Source: Candidatus Micrarchaeota archaeon (GTDB taxonomy: Archaea > Micrarchaeota > Micrarchaeia > Anstonellales > Bilamarchaeaceae). From it: a stretch of 64,000 bases of DNA. The notes below the pieces were generated by a model, which was given only the letters and a program-made list of their open reading frames with translations, was not told the origin of the DNA and did no database searches. Location: the NCBI GenBank assembly GCA_043827025.1, contig JBDRPL010000005.1:1-64000 (forward strand). Reading direction: 5' to 3'. Below, one piece after another: positions 30,955-39,239 of this stretch (position 1 is its first letter; each line of letters begins with the position of its first letter). A program made the translations under genes and the position numbers.

Positions 30955-32112
30955 CTAAATCTCAACAACACTAATTTCTTTCATTGTTTTTTCTAGTATC
31001 TCATCAATTCCAATTTCATGCTCGATTCTTTTTACATCCTCCAGTTTAACTCTTGTAGACGGGTGCTTTGCTGCAACCAATGAACAGCAGTCCTTGTATT
31101 TTTCAATGGAAAGGTCGAAAGTGCCTATCTTCTGCGCTAGGTAGATTATGTCCTGCTTATCATATGCAATAAGCGGTCGGTAAACTGGGACAGTGAATGC
31201 TTCATCTGTTGCATAGAGATTTTCTATTGTTTGGGATGCCACTTGGCCCATGCTGTCTCCTGTAATGACACCGAACATCCTGTTTTCCTTGCACATCTCG
31301 CTTGCAAGTTTTGCTATGAATCTTCTGAATAATACTAATTCTAACCTTGGGTCAACATCCATCGTTGCCTGGTTGAATTCTTGATAAGAAACTACGTGTA
31401 ATCGGGTCTTGAATGGCAGATATCTTCGCAATACTTTTATCAGCTCTGCTATCTTTGATTTTACTACTTCTTCATCAGAAGGATAATTATGAATGTGAAG
31501 GAAATCGATTTCACAACCTCTTTTCATCATCAGCCAGCTTGCAACAGGAGAGTCTATTCCACCTGATAGCAGGCAAAGCAGTCTGTTGCTTGAACCTATA
31601 GGAAGGCCGCCCAACCCCTGTATCTTTCCAAATGATACCAGGAATTGATTCCTCATTATTTCTATGAATATCTTTTCATCAGGTTTCTTGACATCTATCC
31701 CTACACCTGCATTTTCTATTATTTTTCCAATTTCCATGCTCAAATCCATTGAAGTCTTAGAATATGTTTTGTCTGACCTGGTAGTTTCTATCTTTATCTT
31801 TTTGCCAGAGTAATTTTTCTTTGCATAATCCAGGACACAATCTGCAAGCTTCTTTATGTCACGTTCAAGGGAATAAGACAAGGCAAACCAGCTTATTCCG
31901 AAGATACGTGCAATTGCCTGATGTGCTTTTTCAATATCTGTTTTTTCATTGAGATAAACAAGTATTCTTCTTTCTTTCTTTTCGATTCTTTCATATTCTA
32001 TGCCATGGAGGGCATATTTTAGGTTATCCACTAGCACTTTCTCGAATTCTATTCGGTTCTCCCCTTTCAGGGAAAGCTCGGCGCTGTAATGGATATTGAG
32101 GAGCCTGTTCAT
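30955..32112 (-). CDS. thiI: tRNA 4-thiouridine synthase (THUMP + PP-loop, no rhodanese domain)
   Basis: ELSLKGENR, GGLPIGS, LLSGGIDSPVA, GDSMGQVASQT, DCC. Confidence 0.93.
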   Translation of the reverse strand: MNRLLNIHYSAELSLKGENRIEFEKVLVDNLKYALHGIEYERIEKKERRILVYLNEKTDIEKAHQAIARIFGISWFALSYSLERDIKKLADCVLDYAKKNYSGKKIKIETTRSDKTYSKTSMDLSMEIGKIIENAGVGIDVKKPDEKIFIEIMRNQFLVSFGKIQGLGGLPIGSSNRLLCLLSGGIDSPVASWLMMKRGCEIDFLHIHNYPSDEEVVKSKIAELIKVLRRYLPFKTRLHVVSYQEFNQATMDVDPRLELVLFRRFIAKLASEMCKENRMFGVITGDSMGQVASQTIENLYATDEAFTVPVYRPLIAYDKQDIIYLAQKIGTFDLSIEKYKDCCSLVAAKHPSTRVKLEDVKRIEHEIGIDEILEKTMKEISVVEI

Positions 32113-32846
32113 ATTATCACGGAATTACTATTTTCAACATGAAAAGGTTCTAAACCCTGCTGCATTATTTGTTCAATCCATATGCCCCTAGCCTTTTCGT
32201 ATTCGTCTCTCATCTTTCCAGCATCTACGCGTGCCAGGTCTGCCAGATCTAAAATGTCAGTTTGAATTTCCGGGTTAGGATATATCTGAAGATTTGTTAC
32301 GTCTGCCATTACTGCATGGAACGGGTTTTCCAGTGTCAGCCAGAGTGTAGGTGTTGGATGCCTCATCATTTTATCGCATTCGTAAATTTGACCCAGTTTA
32401 AGGTTAAGCAGATGTAAAAGCGCCAGCTCTGATGTCATCGTGGCAAGAGGTTTGCCTTTTATCCCTCCCATCATGTTTGCATATCTCAATCCATCCCATG
32501 GCATTTTACCGTTCATGCACGCGTCACTCATCAGGATGCAACCTTCTCCTTCAAATTCCACTGCCTTAAATATTTCAAGAGTTGGCACTCCCAGTTTTGC
32601 TACTGCCTGAATTATCTCAACTGCGAGTAGTGCTTTCATAGTGCTGTATTCTTCAAAAGTTAGTTCTGGTTTCAGAATATTGTTTTTCTGATCTATTACG
32701 AATCTTTCTTTTTTGAATCTTTTTAATGCAATCCTTACCTGTTTTCCAGCACGTTCTGTTGTGCCAAAATATATCGTTGCTTCTTTTCCGGAACAGGTGT
32801 ACCAATTGTTTAGGGTGATTTTGGCTTTGGGTAATCCTGTTTTCAT
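32109..32846 (-). CDS. Hypothetical protein with degenerate kinase-like (RIO/Bud32-like) fold
   Basis: SGKEATIY Gly-loop-like, ALKRF, GVPT, LALLH, hhhD; no clear catalytic-loop Asp. Confidence 0.45.
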   Translation of the reverse strand: MKTGLPKAKITLNNWYTCSGKEATIYFGTTERAGKQVRIALKRFKKERFVIDQKNNILKPELTFEEYSTMKALLAVEIIQAVAKLGVPTLEIFKAVEFEGEGCILMSDACMNGKMPWDGLRYANMMGGIKGKPLATMTSELALLHLLNLKLGQIYECDKMMRHPTPTLWLTLENPFHAVMADVTNLQIYPNPEIQTDILDLADLARVDAGKMRDEYEKARGIWIEQIMQQGLEPFHVENSNSVII

Positions 32847-32959
32847 ATGAGTGAGTGTGGTTAATACTGTTTAAATAACCAGATTATGTTAAATTAAAAA
32901 AATAAAAAAACGCCGAGACAGTGAACTTCGTTCAAGAACTGCCTTTTTGTGAACAAAAA

Positions 32960-33119
32960 CGCTGAGGGCCAGATTTGAACTGGCAATCCTTGCGGACACG
33001 CTAACCGAACCGCGGGGAAACACAGTTTCCCCTCAGTTTGAGGGTCCTTCTGATCTCCTTCTTTTTGGAGTTCAGAAGAAATTCCAGGCGTGCGCACTAC
33101 CGGGTTATGCGACCTCAGC
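32960..33119 (-). tRNA. tRNA-Ser(GGA) with 79-nt intron at 37/38 (33003-33081)
   Basis: GCTGAGG/CCTCAGC acceptor, CACGC-CTGGAA|A-GCGTG anticodon arm, long variable arm TCCGCAAGGA, GTTCAAATC T-loop. Confidence 0.93.
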
Positions 33120-33129
33120 GAACGAATGT

Positions 33130-33229
33130 GAGCTAAGAGTATTGAATAATAGTTCAATTTGACCTCAGCATGAATATCAATGAATGCTGTGGGTTATGAA
33201 AATAGGATTTTCATTTGACCTCAGCATTT
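33130..33229 (-). repeat. Two tandem hairpin units beginning with the tRNA-Ser 5' sequence GCTGAGGTC
   Basis: tttgacctcagcat occurs at 33158 and 33214 on +; gacctcagc is also the tRNA 5' end at 33111-33119. Confidence 0.8.
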
Positions 33230-33265
33230 AAGAAAAAGAAATAGAAGACAAGTATTTTTAAGGCA

Positions 33266-33765
33266 TTATCTTTTTTCCTTCAGGTGTTTTTCATATTCCC
33301 AGCCATTCTTCTTCAGTATTTGCACAGCCTTTTCAGAAGCTTTGGGAGGAAGAACTTTTTTCTCAAGCAGCCCCCTCAATTCATCCATCCGCCGTTTCCT
33401 ATTGCATTTACTCCCGCTATTTTGATGTTTTCAGGAATGTCTTTTCTTTCCAGTAGTTTTAGGAGGTCGTCATGGCTTACGTCTTCTGCTTTTGATTTTA
33501 TGATTGTTATGAGGCCTTTTTCCACAGGATTCATTATCAAATCGTACATTTTCCGTTTATCCAAGTAAAATCTAATCAATTCATTCATGTATCCGTAACC
33601 GGGGCTTGAGAATTTTTTTAGTATTTTTGAAAGAACTGCCTTTATCTTCTTTCTTACTGCTGGACGTTTGTTTTTTTCATAAAGCTCAAGCAATTCATTT
33701 ACCTGGTCAGTATCTTCATAGGCTGCTATTTGTTTGTAGACTTCGTCGTCTTTGTTTCGTGCCAT
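33266..33765 (-). pseudogene. Helical-repeat hypothetical protein, probably frameshifted
   Basis: ORF stops at 33376, but a shifted frame 33388-33266 continues with a similar repeat unit (DDLLKLLERKDIP vs DELRGLLEKKVLP); shift lies at a GGATGGAT repeat. Confidence 0.5.
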
Positions 33766-33815
33766 ATCAAAATTAAGAAGACAAAAGATATATATCTTCA
33801 CAGTCTAATGCGTAC

Positions 33816-34274
33816 ATGAGCGTTAAGGTTGAAGGTCATCGCGAATTCAAGCAAATGAATGACTTTACTTTTAGTTATCCTGTATTCGAAGGTTGGGAAA
33901 AGGAAACTGTTGAATTCAGGAAAGGAGATTTCTACAAGCTCAAAAACAGATATTCCGGGGTCTGCAATATTAAATTTCCAAGTTCAAGAAAAAACAGCAA
34001 GAAGTATCTGCTTCTAACCGCCACAAAAATTCCTCTTAGTTTTTCGGATTGCTATCCTTCTGGAGATGCCAAAGCATGGCTTAATGCAGGCCTTCGAGAT
34101 GCAGAACGGAAAGAAAACAAGAATGGTGTGATGTATGAAAGAAATCTAATGGATTCAAGCAGCGTTACATTCTATGGCAAAGCATTTTCTGTCCGAATCA
34201 CATTTTCAGAAAAGAATCCGTCAGTTTCAGATGCTTTTTGGAAAGAAATTATTAAATCCTTTAAGTTCATATAA
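33816..34274 (+). CDS. Hypothetical protein, PsbP-like fold (paralog 1)
   Basis: FTFSYP..W start, NKNGVMY, C-terminal SDAFWKEIIKSFKFI. Confidence 0.6.
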   Translation: MSVKVEGHREFKQMNDFTFSYPVFEGWEKETVEFRKGDFYKLKNRYSGVCNIKFPSSRKNSKKYLLLTATKIPLSFSDCYPSGDAKAWLNAGLRDAERKENKNGVMYERNLMDSSSVTFYGKAFSVRITFSEKNPSVSDAFWKEIIKSFKFI

Positions 34275-34288
34275 TTTAAGGTGAAAAC

Positions 34289-34756
34289 ATGGCAGGGCTA
34301 TTTGATAAATCGGAAATTGCGGAATACAAGGAGTTCAAGAATAAGGAGTTTTCTTTCACGTATCCTCTTTTTAAGGAATATGAAAGGGAAAATGTTTTTC
34401 TTGCTTCTGCTACCCATAAGATTGTGTTTAGCTCTCCTAATATTGATTCTTTCAAGAAGATTGAATTTGAAGAAACAACATTGCCTAAGATGGATGTTAA
34501 GAGGATTTCACAAGGATTACACGATGCATGCGGAGAATGTATGCTTGTAGGTTATCATGAAAAGATAAAGACCAATCCAAACGGAGTCAAGTATGCTCCG
34601 ATGAGAGTTCTAGGTAATATTAAGGATTGGAGCGGCTATGAGTTCTACAAAGAGCATGGCTGGTCTGTTTCAATCAAGGTCTGGACGAATAATAGCAAAG
34701 GATTTTCTTCAGATGCATTCTTCAAGAAAGTAATCGAGACCTTCAAGTTTTTGTGA
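34289..34756 (+). CDS. Hypothetical protein, PsbP-like fold (paralog 2)
   Basis: FSFTYP..Y, NPNGVKY, C-terminal SDAFFKKVIETFKFL. Confidence 0.6.
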   Translation: MAGLFDKSEIAEYKEFKNKEFSFTYPLFKEYERENVFLASATHKIVFSSPNIDSFKKIEFEETTLPKMDVKRISQGLHDACGECMLVGYHEKIKTNPNGVKYAPMRVLGNIKDWSGYEFYKEHGWSVSIKVWTNNSKGFSSDAFFKKVIETFKFL

Positions 34757-34775
34757 ATTAGTTAATGGGATTGAG

Positions 34776-35588
34776 ATGGACATTTCAACAAAAATTAAAT
34801 TAAACAACGGAATTCAGATGCCTATGCTTGGCTTTGGAACATGGCAGCTTAAGCAGGGAAAAGAAACGGAGCAGGCTGTTTTATGGGCTTTGGAAGCTGG
34901 TTATGTGTCGATAGACACTGCATCCTATTATGCAAATGAGGAAAACGTTGGCAAGGCAATAAGGAAAAGCGATATTCCAAGGGAAGAGATTTTTGTGACG
35001 ACCAAGATCTGGAATGATGAACATGCTGATCCAGAACAAGCTTTCAATGATAGTTTGGAGAGGCTGGGTTTGGATTATATTGACCTTTATCTTATTCATT
35101 GGCCAGTTAAGGAAAGGCTGGAAACATGGAAAGTCTTTGAAAAGCTTTACAAACAAGGCAAATGCAAATCTATTGGAGTAAGCAACTTCACAATAAAGCA
35201 TCTAAATGAATTGTTGGCAGAATCAAAGACTGTTCCAGCATTGAATCAGGTTGAGTTTAACTCCTTTCTTTATCAGAAAGAACTATTGGAATTCTGCAAA
35301 TCAAAAAACATAGTGTTGGAGGCATACTGTCCTCTGTCACGTGCAAAAAGGCTTGATGATCCAAAGATAGTTTCGATAGCAAAAAATCATTCAAAGACAT
35401 CCGCACAGGTCCTTCTAAGGTGGGCTTTACAGCATGATGTTGTAGTGATTCCAAAATCCAAACACAAGGAAAGAATAATTGAGAATGCAGACATATTTGG
35501 CTTTAATCTGTCAGCAGAAGAGATGATTGTTCTTGATGGCTTAAATGAGAATCTACGGGTCACCTGGGACCCGACTAATGCGCCTTAA
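34776..35588 (+). CDS. Aldo/keto reductase
   Basis: MPMLGFGTW, IDTASYY, DLYLIHWP, IGVSNF, NQVE, IPKS. Confidence 0.95.
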   Translation: MDISTKIKLNNGIQMPMLGFGTWQLKQGKETEQAVLWALEAGYVSIDTASYYANEENVGKAIRKSDIPREEIFVTTKIWNDEHADPEQAFNDSLERLGLDYIDLYLIHWPVKERLETWKVFEKLYKQGKCKSIGVSNFTIKHLNELLAESKTVPALNQVEFNSFLYQKELLEFCKSKNIVLEAYCPLSRAKRLDDPKIVSIAKNHSKTSAQVLLRWALQHDVVVIPKSKHKERIIENADIFGFNLSAEEMIVLDGLNENLRVTWDPTNAP

Positions 35589-35590
35589 TG

Positions 35591-35719
35591 TCACTTCCTT
35601 TTCTTCTTTAGTTCATTCATGGCCCTTTTTGCGGTTCCGCATATCCAGTATTTCTTGTCAAAATCTTCCTTGCTGAGAATCATTGCCTTTGTCATTTCCT
35701 TTGGAGTTGGTTTTTTCAT
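35591..35719 (-). CDS. Small basic hypothetical protein (42 aa)
   Basis: Hand-translated MKKPTPKEMTKAMILSKEDFDKKYWICGTAKRAMNELKKKRK; fills the intergenic gap. Confidence 0.4.
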   Translation of the reverse strand: MKKPTPKEMTKAMILSKEDFDKKYWICGTAKRAMNELKKKRK

Positions 35720-35834
35720 GATTTTAAAACGCGGCAAACATATTTAATAACAGCCCAAGGGGGCGAGTATGGCTAATCAAGATTGCCCCCTTAGTCCGTT
35801 ACCGCCCAAACCCCCTTATTATAAACGAGTCAAT

Positions 35835-36590
35835 TTATTTTTTCTTTTCTTCTATGTACTTCTTAACGGTATTGCCAAAAGTAGTCCACCAATACGAATA
35901 GGTTAATCTTTCTACTCCATGTTCATCTTTTTTCATCGCAGTATTGAGTTTTAAAATTCCTAAATCTAATAGCCTATATATCGAATCTCTTTTTTCTATG
36001 GGAGGGGGCATGAAATTTTTTTGCTTACCATGAATTTGTATGAGATAAAGGCCTTCATCATCTATTGACTCCGCTGCAAACCTAACAATTTTTCCTTTGT
36101 AATGCTCTTGATTTTTTAATGCTTCTTTGAGTATTTTCTGAACAAACTCTTCGTCGAGTGGCTCCACAAATTCATTATAATTTGGACTTTGTATATAAAG
36201 TGATTCTCTTTCTTCTGATTCGGATTTTGGCCTTATAATTACAATATCCCACGGGTCTCTAATTGCCCTAGCTATTCCTAGTTCATGCATTACACTTAGA
36301 TTAATATGCTTGGTTCTCGTGTCTTTGGAAATATCAAAAAAGAGCATTTTAGCATTAATAATGCGATTAACTACTTTGTCATCAGTATCAATTGCTACTT
36401 TTTCAGTATTTGATAGTTCTGTTCCAGATTTAAATTCATTTTCTTGATTTTCATTTTTTAGTCTCTTAGTCGTGTCTTCAATTATCTTGTATTTGTTATC
36501 TTTATTCTTATCAAATGGCATACATACAAATAATTCGCTTATCTGTTCACTTTCCCAAAATCTTTTAGCATTTGGACTTACGATCATCAT
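35835..36590 (-). CDS. Nucleoside 2-deoxyribosyltransferase/TIR-like domain protein
   Basis: LFVCMPF ... IINAKMLFFDIS ... NLSVMHELGIA pattern; AGGTG RBS upstream of ATG 36590. Confidence 0.6.
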   Translation of the reverse strand: MMIVSPNAKRFWESEQISELFVCMPFDKNKDNKYKIIEDTTKRLKNENQENEFKSGTELSNTEKVAIDTDDKVVNRIINAKMLFFDISKDTRTKHINLSVMHELGIARAIRDPWDIVIIRPKSESEERESLYIQSPNYNEFVEPLDEEFVQKILKEALKNQEHYKGKIVRFAAESIDDEGLYLIQIHGKQKNFMPPPIEKRDSIYRLLDLGILKLNTAMKKDEHGVERLTYSYWWTTFGNTVKKYIEEKKK

Positions 36591-36670
36591 ATGAACACCT
36601 ATAATCACATTTCCTATATTCAAAACATATTTAATTCTTAACAGCAATAAGTCATTGGGAGGCTATCATC

Positions 36671-37909
36671 ATGGATGAGTTGAAAAAAACAGACCCTGCA
36701 GTCTACGACCTGGTTCAGAAGGAATTGGATTATGAAAGGAAGACCTTGAGATTGATTCCATCGGAGAATTATGTCTCCAAGGCTGTTTTAGAAGCAACTG
36801 GCTCTATTTTTGCCAATAAATATGCAGAAGGCTACCCTAGAAAGAGATACTATGCTGGCCAGAAATACGTTGATGAAGTTGAGGAATTAGCAATAGAAAG
36901 GGCAAAGAAGCTGTTTGGCGTTGATTATGTCAATGTGCAACCTAATTCCGGTTCGCCTGCAAACATGGCAGCCTATTTTGCCATGCTTGAACATGGAGAT
37001 ACTATGATGGGTTTGGAATTATCCCAAGGAGGCCATCTGACCCATGGCTCACCTGTCAATTTCTCAGGCAAAACCTACAAGGTCGTTTCATACAAGCTTG
37101 ATAAAACAACAGAAAGGCTTGATTTTGATGAGATACGAAAACTTGCAGTAGAAAGCAAGCCAAAGGTGATTGTCTGCGGTTTCACTGCTTATCCTTACCA
37201 AGTTGATTTTCAGAAATTCAGGGAAATCGCTGATGAAGTTGGTGCTTATTTGATGGCAGATATTTCGCACATTGCAGGCTTGATTGTAGGTGGTGTTCAT
37301 CCTTCGCCGGTTTCTTATGCGGATATCATTACATCCACAACTCACAAGACACTGAGAGGGCCAAGAGGAGCAATAATAATGACGAATAGCGAAGAACTTG
37401 CAAAGAAAGTGGACAAGGCAATCTTCCCTGGAATTCAGGGTGGCCCTCAAATCCATTCAATTGCCGCAAAAGCAGTCTGCTTCCACGAGGCTCTACAACC
37501 GTCTTTTAAGGAATATGCTCATCAGATAGTGAAAAATGCAAAGGCATTGGCTGAAGATCTGTCAAAGCTTGGCATTAGATTAGTTGGAGGCGGGACAGAA
37601 ACTCATTTGATACTGTTTGACACCCTGTCTTCCAAGAAAATAACTGGAAAAGAAGCGCATGAAGCGTTGGAAGAGGCAGGAATCATCGTGAACAAGAATA
37701 CAATTCCTTATGATACGCAAAAGCCATTTATAGGTTCAGGTGTTCGAATAGGAACACCATCAGTGACTACAATGGGTATGAAGGAGCCTGAGATGAAGAA
37801 GGTGGCAGAGCTAATTGTTAAGGTTCTTGATCATCCTGCAGATGTTTCTGTGAAGGAACATGTAAGAAAGGAAGTGGAAGCTCTTTGCGCGAAGTTTCCG
37901 ATTTACTGA
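36671..37909 (+). CDS. glyA: Serine hydroxymethyltransferase (bacterial-like)
   Basis: LIPSENY, YAEGYPRKRYY, GGHLTHG, TTHKTLRGPRG, GVRIGTP. Confidence 0.97.
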   Translation: MDELKKTDPAVYDLVQKELDYERKTLRLIPSENYVSKAVLEATGSIFANKYAEGYPRKRYYAGQKYVDEVEELAIERAKKLFGVDYVNVQPNSGSPANMAAYFAMLEHGDTMMGLELSQGGHLTHGSPVNFSGKTYKVVSYKLDKTTERLDFDEIRKLAVESKPKVIVCGFTAYPYQVDFQKFREIADEVGAYLMADISHIAGLIVGGVHPSPVSYADIITSTTHKTLRGPRGAIIMTNSEELAKKVDKAIFPGIQGGPQIHSIAAKAVCFHEALQPSFKEYAHQIVKNAKALAEDLSKLGIRLVGGGTETHLILFDTLSSKKITGKEAHEALEEAGIIVNKNTIPYDTQKPFIGSGVRIGTPSVTTMGMKEPEMKKVAELIVKVLDHPADVSVKEHVRKEVEALCAKFPIY

Positions 37910-37926
37910 TTTTTTTTACTTTTTTA

Positions 37927-38841
37927 TTACTTTATTTCCATTATCTCCTTTATCTCATCTTCTGTTTTCGACATGCAAACCCTTGATCTAAGTTTTGTCG
38001 CACCGGGTATTCCTCTGATGAAACAAAGTGCCTGTGCCTTTAGGTCTCCGACGCTTCGTTTAATCCCAAGCTCACGGACTGTTTTTAGATATTCATCAAA
38101 TGCCTTCAATCTCATTTCCGGAGTAACCTCAAAATCCTTCTTTTGTTTGCACTGCTTGAAGATGAATGGGTTGCCTAATGCTGCACGGCCAATCATCACT
38201 GCATCGCAACCTGTTTCATCAAACATTCGTTTTGCACTCGAATAATCAACAACATCCCCATTCCCGAAAACAGGAATCGAAAGCGCATCTTTGATTTGCT
38301 TTATCATATTCCAATCAGCCTTTCCAGAATAAATTTGATCTAAGGTTCTTCCGTGAACTGCGAGTGCAGATGCTCCGCTTTTTTCAATCAGTTTCGCAAT
38401 CTCAACAGCCTTGTCCTTTGTCTTTATTCCAAGTCTCATCTTCGCAGTTACTGGCTTTTTGATTGTTGAAACAATCTCGCCAATTATCTCATTGATTAGT
38501 TTTGGCTTGTCTAACAATGATGCCCCGCCGCCACCTCTCAATACTTTTGGAGCTGGACAACCCAGATTAATATCAATTACGTCCGCCTTTTTCTCTAGTA
38601 TGTGGGAAGCCTTTGCCATTACGCTTGGCTTTGAGCCGAAAATCTGTATTCCGCAAGGCCTTTCCTCATCTGAAATGAAAAGCATTTCCTGCGTCTTCTT
38701 ATTTTCCCTTACAACTGCTTCAGCTGAAACGAATTCCGTTACAACATAATCAGCGCCGTATCTTCTGCACATCCATCTAAATGCAGCATCAGTATGCGAT
38801 GCCATTGGAGAAAGAATGTACTTGATTTTTGAGAAATCCAT
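37927..38841 (-). CDS. dus: tRNA-dihydrouridine synthase
   Basis: LSPMA, QIFG, DINLGCP, AKMRLG, VHGRT, GNGDV, MIGRAALGNP. Confidence 0.93.
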   Translation of the reverse strand: MDFSKIKYILSPMASHTDAAFRWMCRRYGADYVVTEFVSAEAVVRENKKTQEMLFISDEERPCGIQIFGSKPSVMAKASHILEKKADVIDINLGCPAPKVLRGGGGASLLDKPKLINEIIGEIVSTIKKPVTAKMRLGIKTKDKAVEIAKLIEKSGASALAVHGRTLDQIYSGKADWNMIKQIKDALSIPVFGNGDVVDYSSAKRMFDETGCDAVMIGRAALGNPFIFKQCKQKKDFEVTPEMRLKAFDEYLKTVRELGIKRSVGDLKAQALCFIRGIPGATKLRSRVCMSKTEDEIKEIMEIK

Positions 38842-38875
38842 CTTTTTACCTATAATTTTTATGAAGATAAAATTT

Positions 38876-39084
38876 TGCGGCCATCGGGAATTGAACCCGA
38901 TCTATCAGCTCTTACCTTTTAGGAAAAGGTAAGTCCAAAACCCGTTTGTTCAGGTTTTTTGTTTAGCCTTTTTTTCCTTTTTGATGAAACTTTTTAGGCA
39001 TCCCGAAAAAGTTTCTTGGGAAGCTGAAGTCATACCGTTGTCCGTTTATAGATAAAGAATCTATAATCTGTAGACCATGGCCGC
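38876..39084 (-). tRNA. tRNA-Gly(CCC) with a ~32-nt D-loop intron (~39039-39070) and a 106-nt 37/38 intron (38911-39016)
   Basis: Removing both inserts gives a 71-nt cloverleaf GCGGCCA..GTCTAACGGTATGAC..TCAGC-TTCCCAA-GCTGA..TCGGGTTCAATTCCCGA-TGGCCGCA. Confidence 0.88.
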
Positions 39085-39239
39085 ATATCATGTATATTCA
39101 TCTTCTTGTTTTTCATTTGTTCGCTTGGGCCCCTTTGAGAGGCTATTCGTTCTATTTTACTTATAATGTACATAGAATTTTATATACTAATGTTGGGGAA
39201 AATAAGAAAAAGAATAAAAAGTTAGAGGTTGTTGCCAGG

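Noticed and set aside
33111..33229. CRISPR mini-array interpretation of the three gacctcagc copies
   Set aside because: The shared repeat is only 9-14 bp, one copy is the tRNA itself, the spacers are self-complementary, and no cas genes are present.
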